Part shown: in pieces, positions 39,644-49,163 of the stretch
Layout of the letters: each line of letters opens with the position of its first letter
How positions within the stretch are numbered: position 1 is the first letter of the stretch
Assembly (NCBI GenBank): GCA_963789715.1
Contig: CAWBLQ010000006.1
Location: forward strand, 431,007 to 495,006
Direction: 5' to 3'
Length of the DNA: 64,000 nucleotides
From: Candidatus Binataceae bacterium
GTDB taxonomy: Bacteria; Desulfobacterota; Binatia; Binatales; Binataceae
Made by a program: the position numbers and the translations under genes
Notes under the pieces: model-generated
The model's database searches: none
Seen by the model: only the letters and a program-made list of their open reading frames with translations
What the model was told of the DNA's origin: nothing

Positions 39644-40279
39644 ATGATCGATAAACTGATTTCCGGGGTCTCCGGCTTCATCGTCGCGACGATTTCCGCG
39701 CTCGGCTACGGCGGCGTCGTCCTGATGATGGCGGTCGAGAGCGCATGCATCCCGCTGCCATCGGAAATCATCATGCCGTTCTCCGGCTACCTGGTCGCCA
39801 CCGGACGCTTCGGCCTGAACATGGTCGCGATTGCGGGCGCCGTCGGGTGCCTGCTGGGATCGTATGTCGCGTATTTCGCCGGTTCGTGGGGCGGCCGCCC
39901 GTTCATCGAGCGCTACGGCCGCTACGTGCTCATCGCCGAGCACGAAATCGAAGTCGCCGACCGCTTCTTCGAACGATGGGGCTCGCACACCGTCTTCTGG
40001 AGCCGGATGCTGCCGGTGGTGCGCACCTTCATCGCATTTCCCGCGGGCGTGGCGCGGATGAAACTCGTCCCGTTCACCATCTACACACTGCTCGGGTCAT
40101 ACATCTGGTGTCTCGCGCTGGCCTGGGGCGGGATGAAACTCGGGCAGCACTGGAAGGATCTCGCGCCCTACTTTCATCGCTTCGACGCATTGCTCGCGAT
40201 AATGTTGGTAGTGGGCGGCGCAGCCCTCATCTATAATCGGGTGAAGGGAATCGCGTCCGCCCCCACCTCCGCCAGTTGA
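39644..40279 (+). CDS. DedA/TVP38-family membrane protein
   Basis: Start at MIDKLISG with an RBS. DedA signature region (…FIERYGRYVLIAEHEIEVADRFFERWG…). Confidence 0.8.
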   Translation: MIDKLISGVSGFIVATISALGYGGVVLMMAVESACIPLPSEIIMPFSGYLVATGRFGLNMVAIAGAVGCLLGSYVAYFAGSWGGRPFIERYGRYVLIAEHEIEVADRFFERWGSHTVFWSRMLPVVRTFIAFPAGVARMKLVPFTIYTLLGSYIWCLALAWGGMKLGQHWKDLAPYFHRFDALLAIMLVVGGAALIYNRVKGIASAPTSAS

Positions 40280-40305
40280 CGCCTTCGCTGCCGCAAAGGA
40301 ACCCA

Positions 40306-40551
40306 ATGCCAGACAAGGAACTGCCCGATCCGTCCGAGCTCGAGGAAATTTTCGCCAGCATCGACCCGACACCGGTCCGGATGGCGCATGACTACCTCAA
40401 TGAAGCCGGCATCGAGTCATTCGTCTTCGACGCGGGATCGTCGCGGCTGCTCGGCACAACCGCGGCCGTACCGACGCGCCTGATGGTTCATCGCGACGCG
40501 GTCAAGGACGCGCGCGACCGCCTGAACGAGCTCGGCTTCACAGACAAGTGA
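40306..40551 (+). CDS. DUF2007-like small protein (putative signal-transducing domain)
   Basis: About 80 aa. Acidic N-terminus. Pattern resembles the DUF2007 fold. Assignment is tentative. Confidence 0.4.
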   Translation: MPDKELPDPSELEEIFASIDPTPVRMAHDYLNEAGIESFVFDAGSSRLLGTTAAVPTRLMVHRDAVKDARDRLNELGFTDK

Positions 40552-40656
40552 TCGCCGCGCTCGCCTCTGTACGCCACTGCTGTCCTCCACTATCTTGAAG
40601 CCGAAACGCGCAGGTGACTTGCACCGCGCGAATTCCACGACTCCGAGGTTACCGCG

Positions 40657-41817
40657 ATGCCATACGCCGAAGGCCGAATCTTCAACGACGCCGACAGCCA
40701 CATCATGGAGACGCGGGACTGGCTGATTTCCCACGCCGACCCCGACATCCGCGAGAAGCTGCATCCGTTGGCGATTGGATCGGGCGGCAGGATGGTGGAA
40801 AAAGCGATCGCGCACGCCGCCGACCGCCGCAAAGATCCCGCCGCCGTCGCCGACGCGGAACAGAACCTGATGCTGCGCAAGGGATGGGAAGCTCTGGGCG
40901 CTTTCGATCCCGACGAACGCAGGCGCGCGCTGGACTTGCTCGGCTTCCACGCGCAGCTGGTCTTCACGACCTTCGCGATCACCCATTTCTGGGGCGAGTT
41001 CGACCAGGTTCGCTCGACGCCGGAGGTCCTGTACGGCGGCACGCGCGCGCACAACCGCGCGATCGCCGACTTCTGCCGCGGTGACAAGCGGCTGCTCGCG
41101 GTCGGCTTCGTGCCGCTCGACATTCCCGAACTTGCGGAAAAGGAAATCGACGAGGCGATTCGACTGGGATGCGCCGCGATTCACCTGCCCTCGCTGCCGC
41201 CGGGCAAAAAATCGCCGACTCACCCCGACCTCAACCGCGTCTGGGCGCGACTGCAGGACGCCGACGTTCCCTTCATGCTGCACGTCGGCGGCGGCGGCCG
41301 GCCGATCCCGCGCGCATTTCACAACAACGATCGCCCGGTGACGGACTTCCTCGGCGGCGGCGAGAACATCCGCTCCAAGGATTTCATGACGATCCACGTG
41401 ATGCCGGAAATTTTTCTGTCGGCGATGGTCCTCGACGGGATGTTCGAACAGTTCCCGCGGCTGCGCGGAGGATGTATCGAGCAGGGCGCGATGTGGATCG
41501 TGCCGTGGCTGCGGCGGCTGGACATAGCGCAGGAGACGTTCGTGAAATCTGAAAAGTATTTGCGCTTGCCGATGAAGGCGTCCGACTACGTGCGCCGCAA
41601 TCTGCGCTTCACGCCCTACCCGCACGAACCTGTGGGATGGATCGTCGAGCAGGCCGGGCCGGAACTGTGCATGTTCTCGTCGGACTACCCGCACATCGAG
41701 GGCGGCCGCAATCCGCTGAAGCGCTTCGAGCTGTCGACGCCGAATCTTTCAGAGGCCGCGAGGGAAAAATTCTACGCCACCAATTTCGCGGACATGATGG
41801 GCTCGCGCCGCGCCTGA
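40657..41817 (+). CDS. Amidohydrolase-2 family metal-dependent hydrolase (ACMSD-like)
   Basis: N-terminal D-x-H-x-H-type segment (NDADSHIME) and C-terminal SDYPH motif of the PF04909 TIM-barrel. Confidence 0.8.
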   Translation: MPYAEGRIFNDADSHIMETRDWLISHADPDIREKLHPLAIGSGGRMVEKAIAHAADRRKDPAAVADAEQNLMLRKGWEALGAFDPDERRRALDLLGFHAQLVFTTFAITHFWGEFDQVRSTPEVLYGGTRAHNRAIADFCRGDKRLLAVGFVPLDIPELAEKEIDEAIRLGCAAIHLPSLPPGKKSPTHPDLNRVWARLQDADVPFMLHVGGGGRPIPRAFHNNDRPVTDFLGGGENIRSKDFMTIHVMPEIFLSAMVLDGMFEQFPRLRGGCIEQGAMWIVPWLRRLDIAQETFVKSEKYLRLPMKASDYVRRNLRFTPYPHEPVGWIVEQAGPELCMFSSDYPHIEGGRNPLKRFELSTPNLSEAAREKFYATNFADMMGSRRA

Positions 41818-41839
41818 TGGCGCCGCCGCGAACCGTGCG

Positions 41840-43408
41840 ATGGATCTTCAGTGGTGGCAGCGCGCCGTCTTCTATCAGATCTATCTGCGTTCATTTGCCG
41901 ATTCGAATGGCGACGGCATCGGCGATCTCGACGGCGTCACCGCGCATCTCGACTATCTTGAATCGCTCGGCATCGACGCCATCTGGCTGAACCCAATCAA
42001 CCCGTCGCCGCTCGACGACTGGGGCTACGACATCAGCGACTACTGCGGCATCCATCCGGACCTCGGCGACCTGGCCGCGTTCAGCAGGCTGGTCGCGGAG
42101 GCGCATCGTCGCGGCATCCGCGTGATCGTCGACCTGGTGCCCAACCACACCTCGAATCAGCATCCATGGTTCGTCGAGTCGCGGGCGTCGCGCACCAATC
42201 CCAAACGCGACTGGTACATCTGGATTCCCGGCCCGCCCGATCGCGCGCCGACCAACTGGGAGAGCTACTTCGGCGGCAGTGCGTGGAAGTACGACGCCGC
42301 GACCGCGTCGTGGTACCTGCACATGTTCCTCGAGCAGCAGCCCGACCTGAATTTTCGAAATCGCGAGGTAGTCGAGGCAATTCACGGCGTCATTCGCTTC
42401 TGGCTGGAGCGGGGCGCCGACGGTTTTCGCATCGACGTGGTGCAGGGACTGATCAAGGACGACCAGCTTCGCGACAACCCGGTCCGCGTCCAGCGCGACG
42501 CCGACATCCCGTGGTACGCGGAGGGCTCGCAGGACCCCCTGTACAGTTCGGACCGGCCCGAGATCCACGAAATCATTCGCGGGTTCCGCCGCGCGGCCGA
42601 CGACTACCCGAATCGGATGCTGGTCGGCGAGACCTGGCCGCGCGAGCAGGAACGGCTGGCCGACTACCTCCGGCCGGACGAACTGCAGCTCGCGTTCAAC
42701 TTCCGCTTTCTGCTCGCGCGCTATGACGCGCGGCGCTTTCGCGCCGCGATCGAGCTGACGGAAAAATCCTTCGGACCCGGCGCGTGGCCCACCTGGACGC
42801 TCTCGAATCACGATTTCCCGCGCCACATCTCGCGCTACTCGCGCGGCGGCGACGGTGACGCGCGCGGCCGCGTCGCCGTGGTGATGCTGCTCGCTTTGCG
42901 CGGCACGCCGTTCATCTATTACGGCGAAGAGATTGGGATGCGCGATGCGGAAATTTCCGCCGCGCGCCGACGCGACCCGGTCGGCCGCGACGGATGTCGC
43001 TCGCCGATGCAGTGGTCCGACGCGCGCAACGGCGGATTCTCCGCGAGCGCTGAGACCTGGCTGCCGTGCGGAGACTTCAAGGCCGTCAACGTCGCGCGCC
43101 AGTTGAACGATCCGCACTCGATGCTCTCGCTCTATCGCCGGCTGATCGAACTGCGCAAATCAACGCCGGCGCTGCTCGAGGGCAGCTACCGCGCCTTCGA
43201 AGGCGCGCCCGAAGATTGTCTCGTGTTCCATCGCGACACGTCCGCGCAGCACATCGTCGTCGCGCTGAATTTCACCGCCGAGCCGCGCGAGATCGATTTG
43301 GACTCCGGCCAAATCCTGCTGAGCACGGTTTCCCGCGGCGCGACTTCAACGAAATCTCCGCTAGCGCTAGCCCCGAACGAAGCGATCATCGTGATGCTCA
43401 ATGCGTGA
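41840..43408 (+). CDS. Glycoside hydrolase family 13 alpha-glucosidase / oligo-1,6-glucosidase-like enzyme
   Basis: GH13 conserved regions: DLVPNH, GFRIDVV, ETWP (Glu), FNHD-like. N-terminal AVFYQIYLRSFADSNGDGIGDL. Confidence 0.85.
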   Translation: MDLQWWQRAVFYQIYLRSFADSNGDGIGDLDGVTAHLDYLESLGIDAIWLNPINPSPLDDWGYDISDYCGIHPDLGDLAAFSRLVAEAHRRGIRVIVDLVPNHTSNQHPWFVESRASRTNPKRDWYIWIPGPPDRAPTNWESYFGGSAWKYDAATASWYLHMFLEQQPDLNFRNREVVEAIHGVIRFWLERGADGFRIDVVQGLIKDDQLRDNPVRVQRDADIPWYAEGSQDPLYSSDRPEIHEIIRGFRRAADDYPNRMLVGETWPREQERLADYLRPDELQLAFNFRFLLARYDARRFRAAIELTEKSFGPGAWPTWTLSNHDFPRHISRYSRGGDGDARGRVAVVMLLALRGTPFIYYGEEIGMRDAEISAARRRDPVGRDGCRSPMQWSDARNGGFSASAETWLPCGDFKAVNVARQLNDPHSMLSLYRRLIELRKSTPALLEGSYRAFEGAPEDCLVFHRDTSAQHIVVALNFTAEPREIDLDSGQILLSTVSRGATSTKSPLALAPNEAIIVMLNA

Positions 43409-43440
43409 CAGGGCTTCCCTGCCCCCATTTTTCTAACAGG

Positions 43441-43500
43441 GCGTAAGCCCGCATCCCTTCTTCTCCTGATACCGGGTGCAGGGGTCACCCCTGCCGCGGG
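43441..43500 (-). repeat. R1 palindromic REP-like repeat, copy 3 (reverse orientation)
   Basis: Reverse complement matches copies 1 and 2. Lies between the GH13 gene and pepN. Confidence 0.7.
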
Positions 43501-43583
43501 CGCGGGGCGCGCAGCCCCGCATTCAGTCTCGCGGCCCCTTTTCCCGATTGCGCGCGGGCACCGCGGTTCATAACATCACGGCC

Positions 43584-46181
43584 ATGCACAAGCCGCGATT
43601 TTTCGATCAATTGGCGATGGAGCTGGGCGACGGCGAGGCCTTTAGCGTCGCCTTCGCGCGCGGACGCCGCGCGTTTCAACCGCAACACGTCGAGGCAAAA
43701 TGGGCGCGCGATCGCGCCGCCAGCATCAATCACATCAAGCTCGAAGTCACGCTCGACTTCGACGCGAAAAAAATTTCCGGCACCGCGACGCATCGGCTGT
43801 CGGCGATCACCGGGCCTCTCGAGCGCCTCGAATTCGACGCCGCCGAACTAGAGATCCGCGCAGTCCGAGCCGGCGGAGAGCCGGCCAGCTTCGAGACCGC
43901 CGACGGCAAGCTGCGGATCGCTTTGCCGCGCGCTCTTGGAGCCGGCGATGAAATCGAGATCGCGATCGACTACGCGGGTCAGCCACGCCGCGGACTCTAC
44001 TTTGTCGGTCCCGACGCCGGCTATCCGAACAAGCCCCGGCAGGCGTGGACGCAGGGCGAAGACGAGGACTCGCGCTACTGGTTTCCCTGCTACGACTACC
44101 CCAACAATCGAACCACCAGCGAAGTCATCGCGACAGTACCGGAAAAATTCACCGCGATTTCCAACGGCGCCTTAATCGGGACGTCTTCAAACACTGCGGA
44201 CAAGAGCCGCACCTTTCACTGGCGTCATGACGTGCCGCATTCGACGTATCTGATCACGCTGGCCGCCGGCGAGTTCACGCTGATCGAAGAACGCGCGGGC
44301 AACGTCCCGGTGACCTACTACGTTGCGCCCGGACGCGAGGACGACGCGCGCCGCGCGTTTGGCAACACCCCGAAGATGATCCAGTTTTTCGAACGCGCGA
44401 TCGGCGTGCCTTATCCCTACGCCAAGTACGCGCAGGTGGCGGTCAGCGATTTTATTTTCGGCGGGATGGAAAACACGTCGGCGACCACGCAAACCGACAG
44501 CACGCTCCACGACGCGCGCGCGCATCTCGACTTCAAGAGCGACCCGCTGGTCGCGCACGAACTCGCGCATCAATGGTGGGGCGACCTGCTGACCTGCCGC
44601 GATTGGGCGCACGCGTGGCTCAACGAGGGCTTCGCGACTTACTTCGAGGCGCTGTGGTGCGAGGAGAATCTCGGCGCCGACGAGTTCGCGTGGAATGTGC
44701 GGCAGGATCGCGAAGCCTACCTGGACGAGGACGCGAATCATTACCGGCGCCCGATCGTATGCAATCGGTATCGCACGCCGATCGAATTGTTCGATCGCCA
44801 TCTCTACGAAAAGGGCAGCCTGGTGCTGCACATGCTGCGCCGCGTCACCGGCGACGAGCTGTTCTTCAAGTCGCTCAATCTCTATTGCACGCGACATCGC
44901 GGCGCCAACGTCATCACGCAGGACTTGCAGCGCGCATTCGAAGACACAACAGGCCGCAGCCTCGACTTTTTCTTCGACCAGTGGGTGTACAAGGAAGGGC
45001 ATCCCGAAATCGAGGTCACCAGCTCCTTCGACGACAAGAAGAAACTGCTCAGCATCGCGGTCAAGCAGACACACAAGACGGGCGACACGATTGCTTCCGC
45101 GTTCAGCTTTCCGGTCACGATTGCGCTGATGGACGCCGAGGGTCATGAAACCCGCCATCGCGTCGAGATAAAGGAACGCGAGCAGGGCTTCAATTTTATC
45201 GTCGACAAGGCGCCGAAGGCGGTGCGCTTCGATCCGGAATTCGAGATCGTGAAGACCCTCAAGCATAAGCGCGGACGCGAGGCGCTCGAAACCGAACTGC
45301 GGCACGCTCCCGAAGCGATCGGCCGCGCCGCTGCCGCTCGCGAACTCGGGATTGAGGGGAGCCCGCAGGCGACCGCGGCGCTGCGCGACGCGATGATCGG
45401 CGACAAATTCTGGGGCGTGCAGGCCGATGCGGCCACGGCGCTCGGCACGATTCGCACGACGGCCGCGCTGGACGCGCTGATCGAAGGGCTCAGGCTGCCG
45501 CATCCGAAGGCGCGCCGCGCGGCGGTGCGCGCGCTCGGAAATTTTCGCGGCGATGCGCGGGCGGCGTCCGCGCTGGCCGACATCGTCGCGGCCGGCGACG
45601 AGAGCTACTTCGTGGAGGCCGAGGCCGTGCTCGCGCTCGGCAAGACGCGCGACGAACGCGCGTTCGCGAGCCTGACCGAGGCGCTGGGGCGCGACTCGTA
45701 TCTCGAAGTGATCCGAACGCACGCGATAGCCGGGATGGCCGAGCTGCGCGACGAACGCGCGATCGACGTGGCGCGCGACTTCTCGGCGTACGGCAGGCCG
45801 CCGCGGGCCCGGGTGGCCGCGCTAGGCGCGTTGGCGCGCTTTGCGGCGCTCAAAGACAACCGGCGCGTCGAAATTCTCGATTTCATGACTCCGCTGGTTG
45901 ACGATCGCGAGTTCATGGTGCGGATGCGCATCCCGTCCGCGTTCGCCGAGATCGGCGATCCGCGGGCGCTTCCGGCGCTGCGACGCCTGGCCGAGCGCGA
46001 TCTCGACGGCCGGGTACAGCGCCATGCCAACGATGCGATCGCGTCGATCAGCGAGGGTCGCAGCCGCGTCGAGGAAGGCCAGAGATTGCGCGAAGACATC
46101 GACAAGCTTCGCGACGACAACAAGAAGTTGCAGGAGCGGCTCGACAAAGTCGAAGCGCTCGCCCGCGACAAGCCCGCCTGA
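43584..46181 (+). CDS. pepN: M1-family aminopeptidase N with C-terminal HEAT/ARM-like repeats
   Basis: GAMEN motif (GGMEN) and HELAHQWWG…-E zinc site. I chose the Met at 43584 so that the CDS does not run through the R1 repeat. Confidence 0.85.
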   Translation: MHKPRFFDQLAMELGDGEAFSVAFARGRRAFQPQHVEAKWARDRAASINHIKLEVTLDFDAKKISGTATHRLSAITGPLERLEFDAAELEIRAVRAGGEPASFETADGKLRIALPRALGAGDEIEIAIDYAGQPRRGLYFVGPDAGYPNKPRQAWTQGEDEDSRYWFPCYDYPNNRTTSEVIATVPEKFTAISNGALIGTSSNTADKSRTFHWRHDVPHSTYLITLAAGEFTLIEERAGNVPVTYYVAPGREDDARRAFGNTPKMIQFFERAIGVPYPYAKYAQVAVSDFIFGGMENTSATTQTDSTLHDARAHLDFKSDPLVAHELAHQWWGDLLTCRDWAHAWLNEGFATYFEALWCEENLGADEFAWNVRQDREAYLDEDANHYRRPIVCNRYRTPIELFDRHLYEKGSLVLHMLRRVTGDELFFKSLNLYCTRHRGANVITQDLQRAFEDTTGRSLDFFFDQWVYKEGHPEIEVTSSFDDKKKLLSIAVKQTHKTGDTIASAFSFPVTIALMDAEGHETRHRVEIKEREQGFNFIVDKAPKAVRFDPEFEIVKTLKHKRGREALETELRHAPEAIGRAAAARELGIEGSPQATAALRDAMIGDKFWGVQADAATALGTIRTTAALDALIEGLRLPHPKARRAAVRALGNFRGDARAASALADIVAAGDESYFVEAEAVLALGKTRDERAFASLTEALGRDSYLEVIRTHAIAGMAELRDERAIDVARDFSAYGRPPRARVAALGALARFAALKDNRRVEILDFMTPLVDDREFMVRMRIPSAFAEIGDPRALPALRRLAERDLDGRVQRHANDAIASISEGRSRVEEGQRLREDIDKLRDDNKKLQERLDKVEALARDKPA

Positions 46182-46208
46182 ACCGTTGAAGAACTGGGAG
46201 GTGCTGCG

Positions 46209-47387
46209 ATGAGGCACTCGGTGTTGTCAATGGTGCTTTTGACGATGGCAGTCTTGGTCACTTTCGCGTCGCCGACCGAGGCCCAAGACGCCACACCTCT
46301 AACGCAGCCGTTAAGCAGGTACTACATATACGGAGAACTCAGCGGCGTCAGTACCGAAGAAGCGATTAGCGGAGCGGCGGCGGCAACCACAGTGCCGATG
46401 GGGGCATATGCTGTTACCTCGAGCCGCGACGGCAATCTTTACTCAGGCGTGATTGTCGGTCGTAGCGCGTTGGCTCACGGCGCCAGAACGATCAATGTTC
46501 CCACTTTTATTGTGCCCGTAAAAATCCATACGCCAGATGGAAGCTTGTTTGATCCTTCGGTGGCCGACTCTACCTGCCTGGGCGGCAAGGTACCGCTTAC
46601 GGTGACGCAAAATTCGCCGTTATTTGAATCGGTCGCCTTCACGATGAACGGTACGAGCATCGGCACAACTCAGTATGCCGATGCTTTCTTGCGAGCAGAA
46701 TTTTGGCAGAACGTGTCTGTCACCGGAAATCGCTTCCACGTGATGCTGAGTCCGATCATGACCCTTAGCGAGCAGACTTTCAACGTACCGACAAACGAAG
46801 GCGGGACTTTTACTAACGGGGGTTGTGGAGACTTTGGAGTCATCGACTATTCGACCTGGGACAGTTTTGTCCAAGGTACACTGATTCCCCTTGTTGCTTC
46901 GCAGGGGGGAGGTACTACGGCCTTCCCGATTTTTGTCCTCTACAACGTGGTGTTGGCCCGTCCCTTTGTACCCAAAACAGGCGACAACTGCTGTATTCTC
47001 GGCTATCACAACGCCTTTGCGGACCCATCTAATGTGCAGACCTACGCAGTGGCCGACGTGGACGGTACGGGAGGATTTCCGGAGACCGCAGACGTCTCCG
47101 CCATGAGTCATGAGGTCAACGAATGGCTGAACGATCCGCTCGGCAACAATCTGACTCCTGCTTGGGGTCATATCGGTCAAGTGAGTGGGTGCCAGAACAC
47201 CTTCGAGGTGGGTGATCCGTTGACCGGCACGCTCTTCCCGTCTGTGACGCTCAGCAGCTTCACTTACCACTTGCAGGAACTCGCGTTCTTTTCCTGGTTC
47301 TATGGGAGTCCTTCGATTGGCACGGGCAGCGGTGACTTTTCCGACAATGACACTTTCATGTCGGATGCAGGCGCGATATGCGAATAG
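46209..47387 (+). CDS. Secreted hypothetical protein (signal peptide), low-GC
   Basis: Signal peptide ending AQ. 392 aa rich in T/S/G/N. GC is markedly below the genome average. No family recognised. Confidence 0.5.
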   Translation: MRHSVLSMVLLTMAVLVTFASPTEAQDATPLTQPLSRYYIYGELSGVSTEEAISGAAAATTVPMGAYAVTSSRDGNLYSGVIVGRSALAHGARTINVPTFIVPVKIHTPDGSLFDPSVADSTCLGGKVPLTVTQNSPLFESVAFTMNGTSIGTTQYADAFLRAEFWQNVSVTGNRFHVMLSPIMTLSEQTFNVPTNEGGTFTNGGCGDFGVIDYSTWDSFVQGTLIPLVASQGGGTTAFPIFVLYNVVLARPFVPKTGDNCCILGYHNAFADPSNVQTYAVADVDGTGGFPETADVSAMSHEVNEWLNDPLGNNLTPAWGHIGQVSGCQNTFEVGDPLTGTLFPSVTLSSFTYHLQELAFFSWFYGSPSIGTGSGDFSDNDTFMSDAGAICE

Positions 47388-47433
47388 GAGTTCGTGGCCG
47401 GATGGAGGCCTTCGAGGTTAAGGGGGAACGTCA

Positions 47434-49080
47434 GTGTATAAGTGGACCTTGCGCAGCTGCGTCGCTGCGATGATGCTTGTTCTGTTCGCGACGACCGCGG
47501 CGCGCGCGGACAGCGTCTCGGTTGTGAACAGCCCCGCTGGTCTGGGCGCCAACGATTCCATCGTGTGGTCGCAGTTGGGGGCCGACGCGGCGACTTTGAC
47601 CGCTAGTCCCACTTTCACTTCCAGCGGCGGATTGTCCGGCTCCATTTCGTTGACGGGTCCGAACAGTTTGGTCGCCGTTGTATGCCCCGAGACACCATGC
47701 AGCTGGAACTTGAGCGGCAGTTCAGGTTTCAGCGCGGGCGACAAACTGATCTGGACGGCGGATACCGGCAACAGCGGCAACGGGCCGCTGACGTTGAACT
47801 TCGCAAAAGGCGTGTCGGGTGCGGGCGCCTTTATCCAGGCGGATGGTCCCGCTCAGTTCACCGTACAGATCCAGGCGTTCAACGGCGGAACTTCTCTGGG
47901 TACGTTCACTATAACGAGTGACCTTAACGGCGACGCTACCTTCATAGGCGTCCTCGATAGTACCGGCCCCAACATCACCAGCACCGTTTTCAGCATTATT
48001 CCCGTTTCCCCAGCCACCACCTGCACCGGCGACTGCGCCGACTTTGCGCTGGATACGGTATCTTTGAAGGTTCCAATCGGCGCGACGCCCACCCCGACCG
48101 CGACGGCGACCGCAACTCGAACAGCGACGGCGACGGCGACCACAACGGCAACCGCAACTGGATCTGCGACACCAACCGCGACCGCAACCAAGACTGCAAC
48201 GCCGACAGCGACCGCGACTAGCAGCGTAACTCCGACTGCGACCGCTACCAGCACCGCAACGGCAACGGCGACCACAACGGCAACCGCAACTGGATCTGCG
48301 ACACCAACCAAGACTGCAACGCCGACAGCGACCGCGACTAGCAGCGTATCTCCGACTGCAACTGCTACCAGCACCGCTACCGCGACGGCGACAGCAACTG
48401 GATCTGCGACGCCGACGGCCAGCGCAACGTCAACCGGATCGGCGACGCCGAGCGCTACGGCAACTGTGACTGCTACGGCGACGCCGACCGCGACTAGCAC
48501 CGTTACTCCGACTGCAACTGCTACCAGCACTGCTACCGCGACGGCGACAGCAACTGGATCGGCGACGCCTACCGCTACGGCGACGGTAAATGCTACGGCG
48601 ACGGCAACCAACACTGCAGCAGCGACGGCGACTGCAACATCTAGCGCGACTCCGACCCCGACGGAGACTGCAACTGCGACCGTTACAGCGACTTCAACGG
48701 CCACGACGACACCCACGTCGACGCCAACCGCGGTTCCTGAGTTACTGAAGATCACCCCGCCGTCCGAGAATTTCGGCAAGGTGAAAGTAGGCGGGTCCAA
48801 AGAGGAATCGTTTATACTCAGCAATCCGGCCAAGAATGGACCGCCGATCACCTTCGCGAGCCCGATCTCATTTTCGGTTCCGGTGACCCAGCCGCAGGAA
48901 TTCGGATTTCCCTCGAAGTCCAACAACTGCCCGACACAGCTGTTCCCGAAAAAAACTTGCAAGCTAACGGTGGTGTTCGTCCCGGCCATGACCGGTCCGC
49001 GGCCGTCCTCCGCGGTAACCGTCTTTGACAACGCGACGGGCGCCCCTCAGATGATCCCGCTAAGCGGGGACGGGAAATAG
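47434..49080 (+). CDS. Secreted cell-surface protein: N-terminal beta-rich domain, about 230-aa Thr/Ala/Pro/Ser low-complexity linker, C-terminal choice-of-anchor-D (ASH-like) domain
   Basis: Signal peptide. Mucin-like (TATATP…) linker. The C-terminal segment (…FGKVKVGGSKEESFILSNPAKNGPPITFASPISF…CPTQLFPKKTCKLTVVFVPAMTGPRPSSAVTVF…) follows the choice-of-anchor D/ASH pattern. Confidence 0.55.
   Translation: MYKWTLRSCVAAMMLVLFATTAARADSVSVVNSPAGLGANDSIVWSQLGADAATLTASPTFTSSGGLSGSISLTGPNSLVAVVCPETPCSWNLSGSSGFSAGDKLIWTADTGNSGNGPLTLNFAKGVSGAGAFIQADGPAQFTVQIQAFNGGTSLGTFTITSDLNGDATFIGVLDSTGPNITSTVFSIIPVSPATTCTGDCADFALDTVSLKVPIGATPTPTATATATRTATATATTTATATGSATPTATATKTATPTATATSSVTPTATATSTATATATTTATATGSATPTKTATPTATATSSVSPTATATSTATATATATGSATPTASATSTGSATPSATATVTATATPTATSTVTPTATATSTATATATATGSATPTATATVNATATATNTAAATATATSSATPTPTETATATVTATSTATTTPTSTPTAVPELLKITPPSENFGKVKVGGSKEESFILSNPAKNGPPITFASPISFSVPVTQPQEFGFPSKSNNCPTQLFPKKTCKLTVVFVPAMTGPRPSSAVTVFDNATGAPQMIPLSGDGK
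48090..48730 (+). repeat. Imperfect DNA tandem repeats (about 100-120-bp unit) encoding the Thr/Ala-rich linker
   Basis: Recurring units such as ACGGCGACCACAACGGCAACCGCAACTGGATCTGCGACACCAACC…AAGACTGCAACGCCGACAGCGACCGCGACTAGCAGCGTA.CTCCGACTGC are visible at least four times. Confidence 0.7.
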
Positions 49081-49104
49081 CGCTGCGCGGTCTCTCGCGA
49101 AACT

Positions 49105-49140
49105 CAAAAAAAAGCGGCAGGCTGTGGGCCCACCGCTTTT
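49105..49140. terminator. Bidirectional intrinsic-terminator-like hairpin between convergent genes (surface protein + / glnA -)
   Basis: AAAAAAAAGCGG-loop-CCGCTTTTCC. A GC stem flanked by an A-run on one side and a T-run on the other. Confidence 0.45.
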
Positions 49141-49163
49141 CCATTTGAGTTGTCGACTAGTGC

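Noticed and set aside
41891-43117. 408-aa minus-strand ORF antisense to the GH13 gene
   Set aside because: Antisense shadow ORF. The GH13 frame carries all four conserved catalytic regions.
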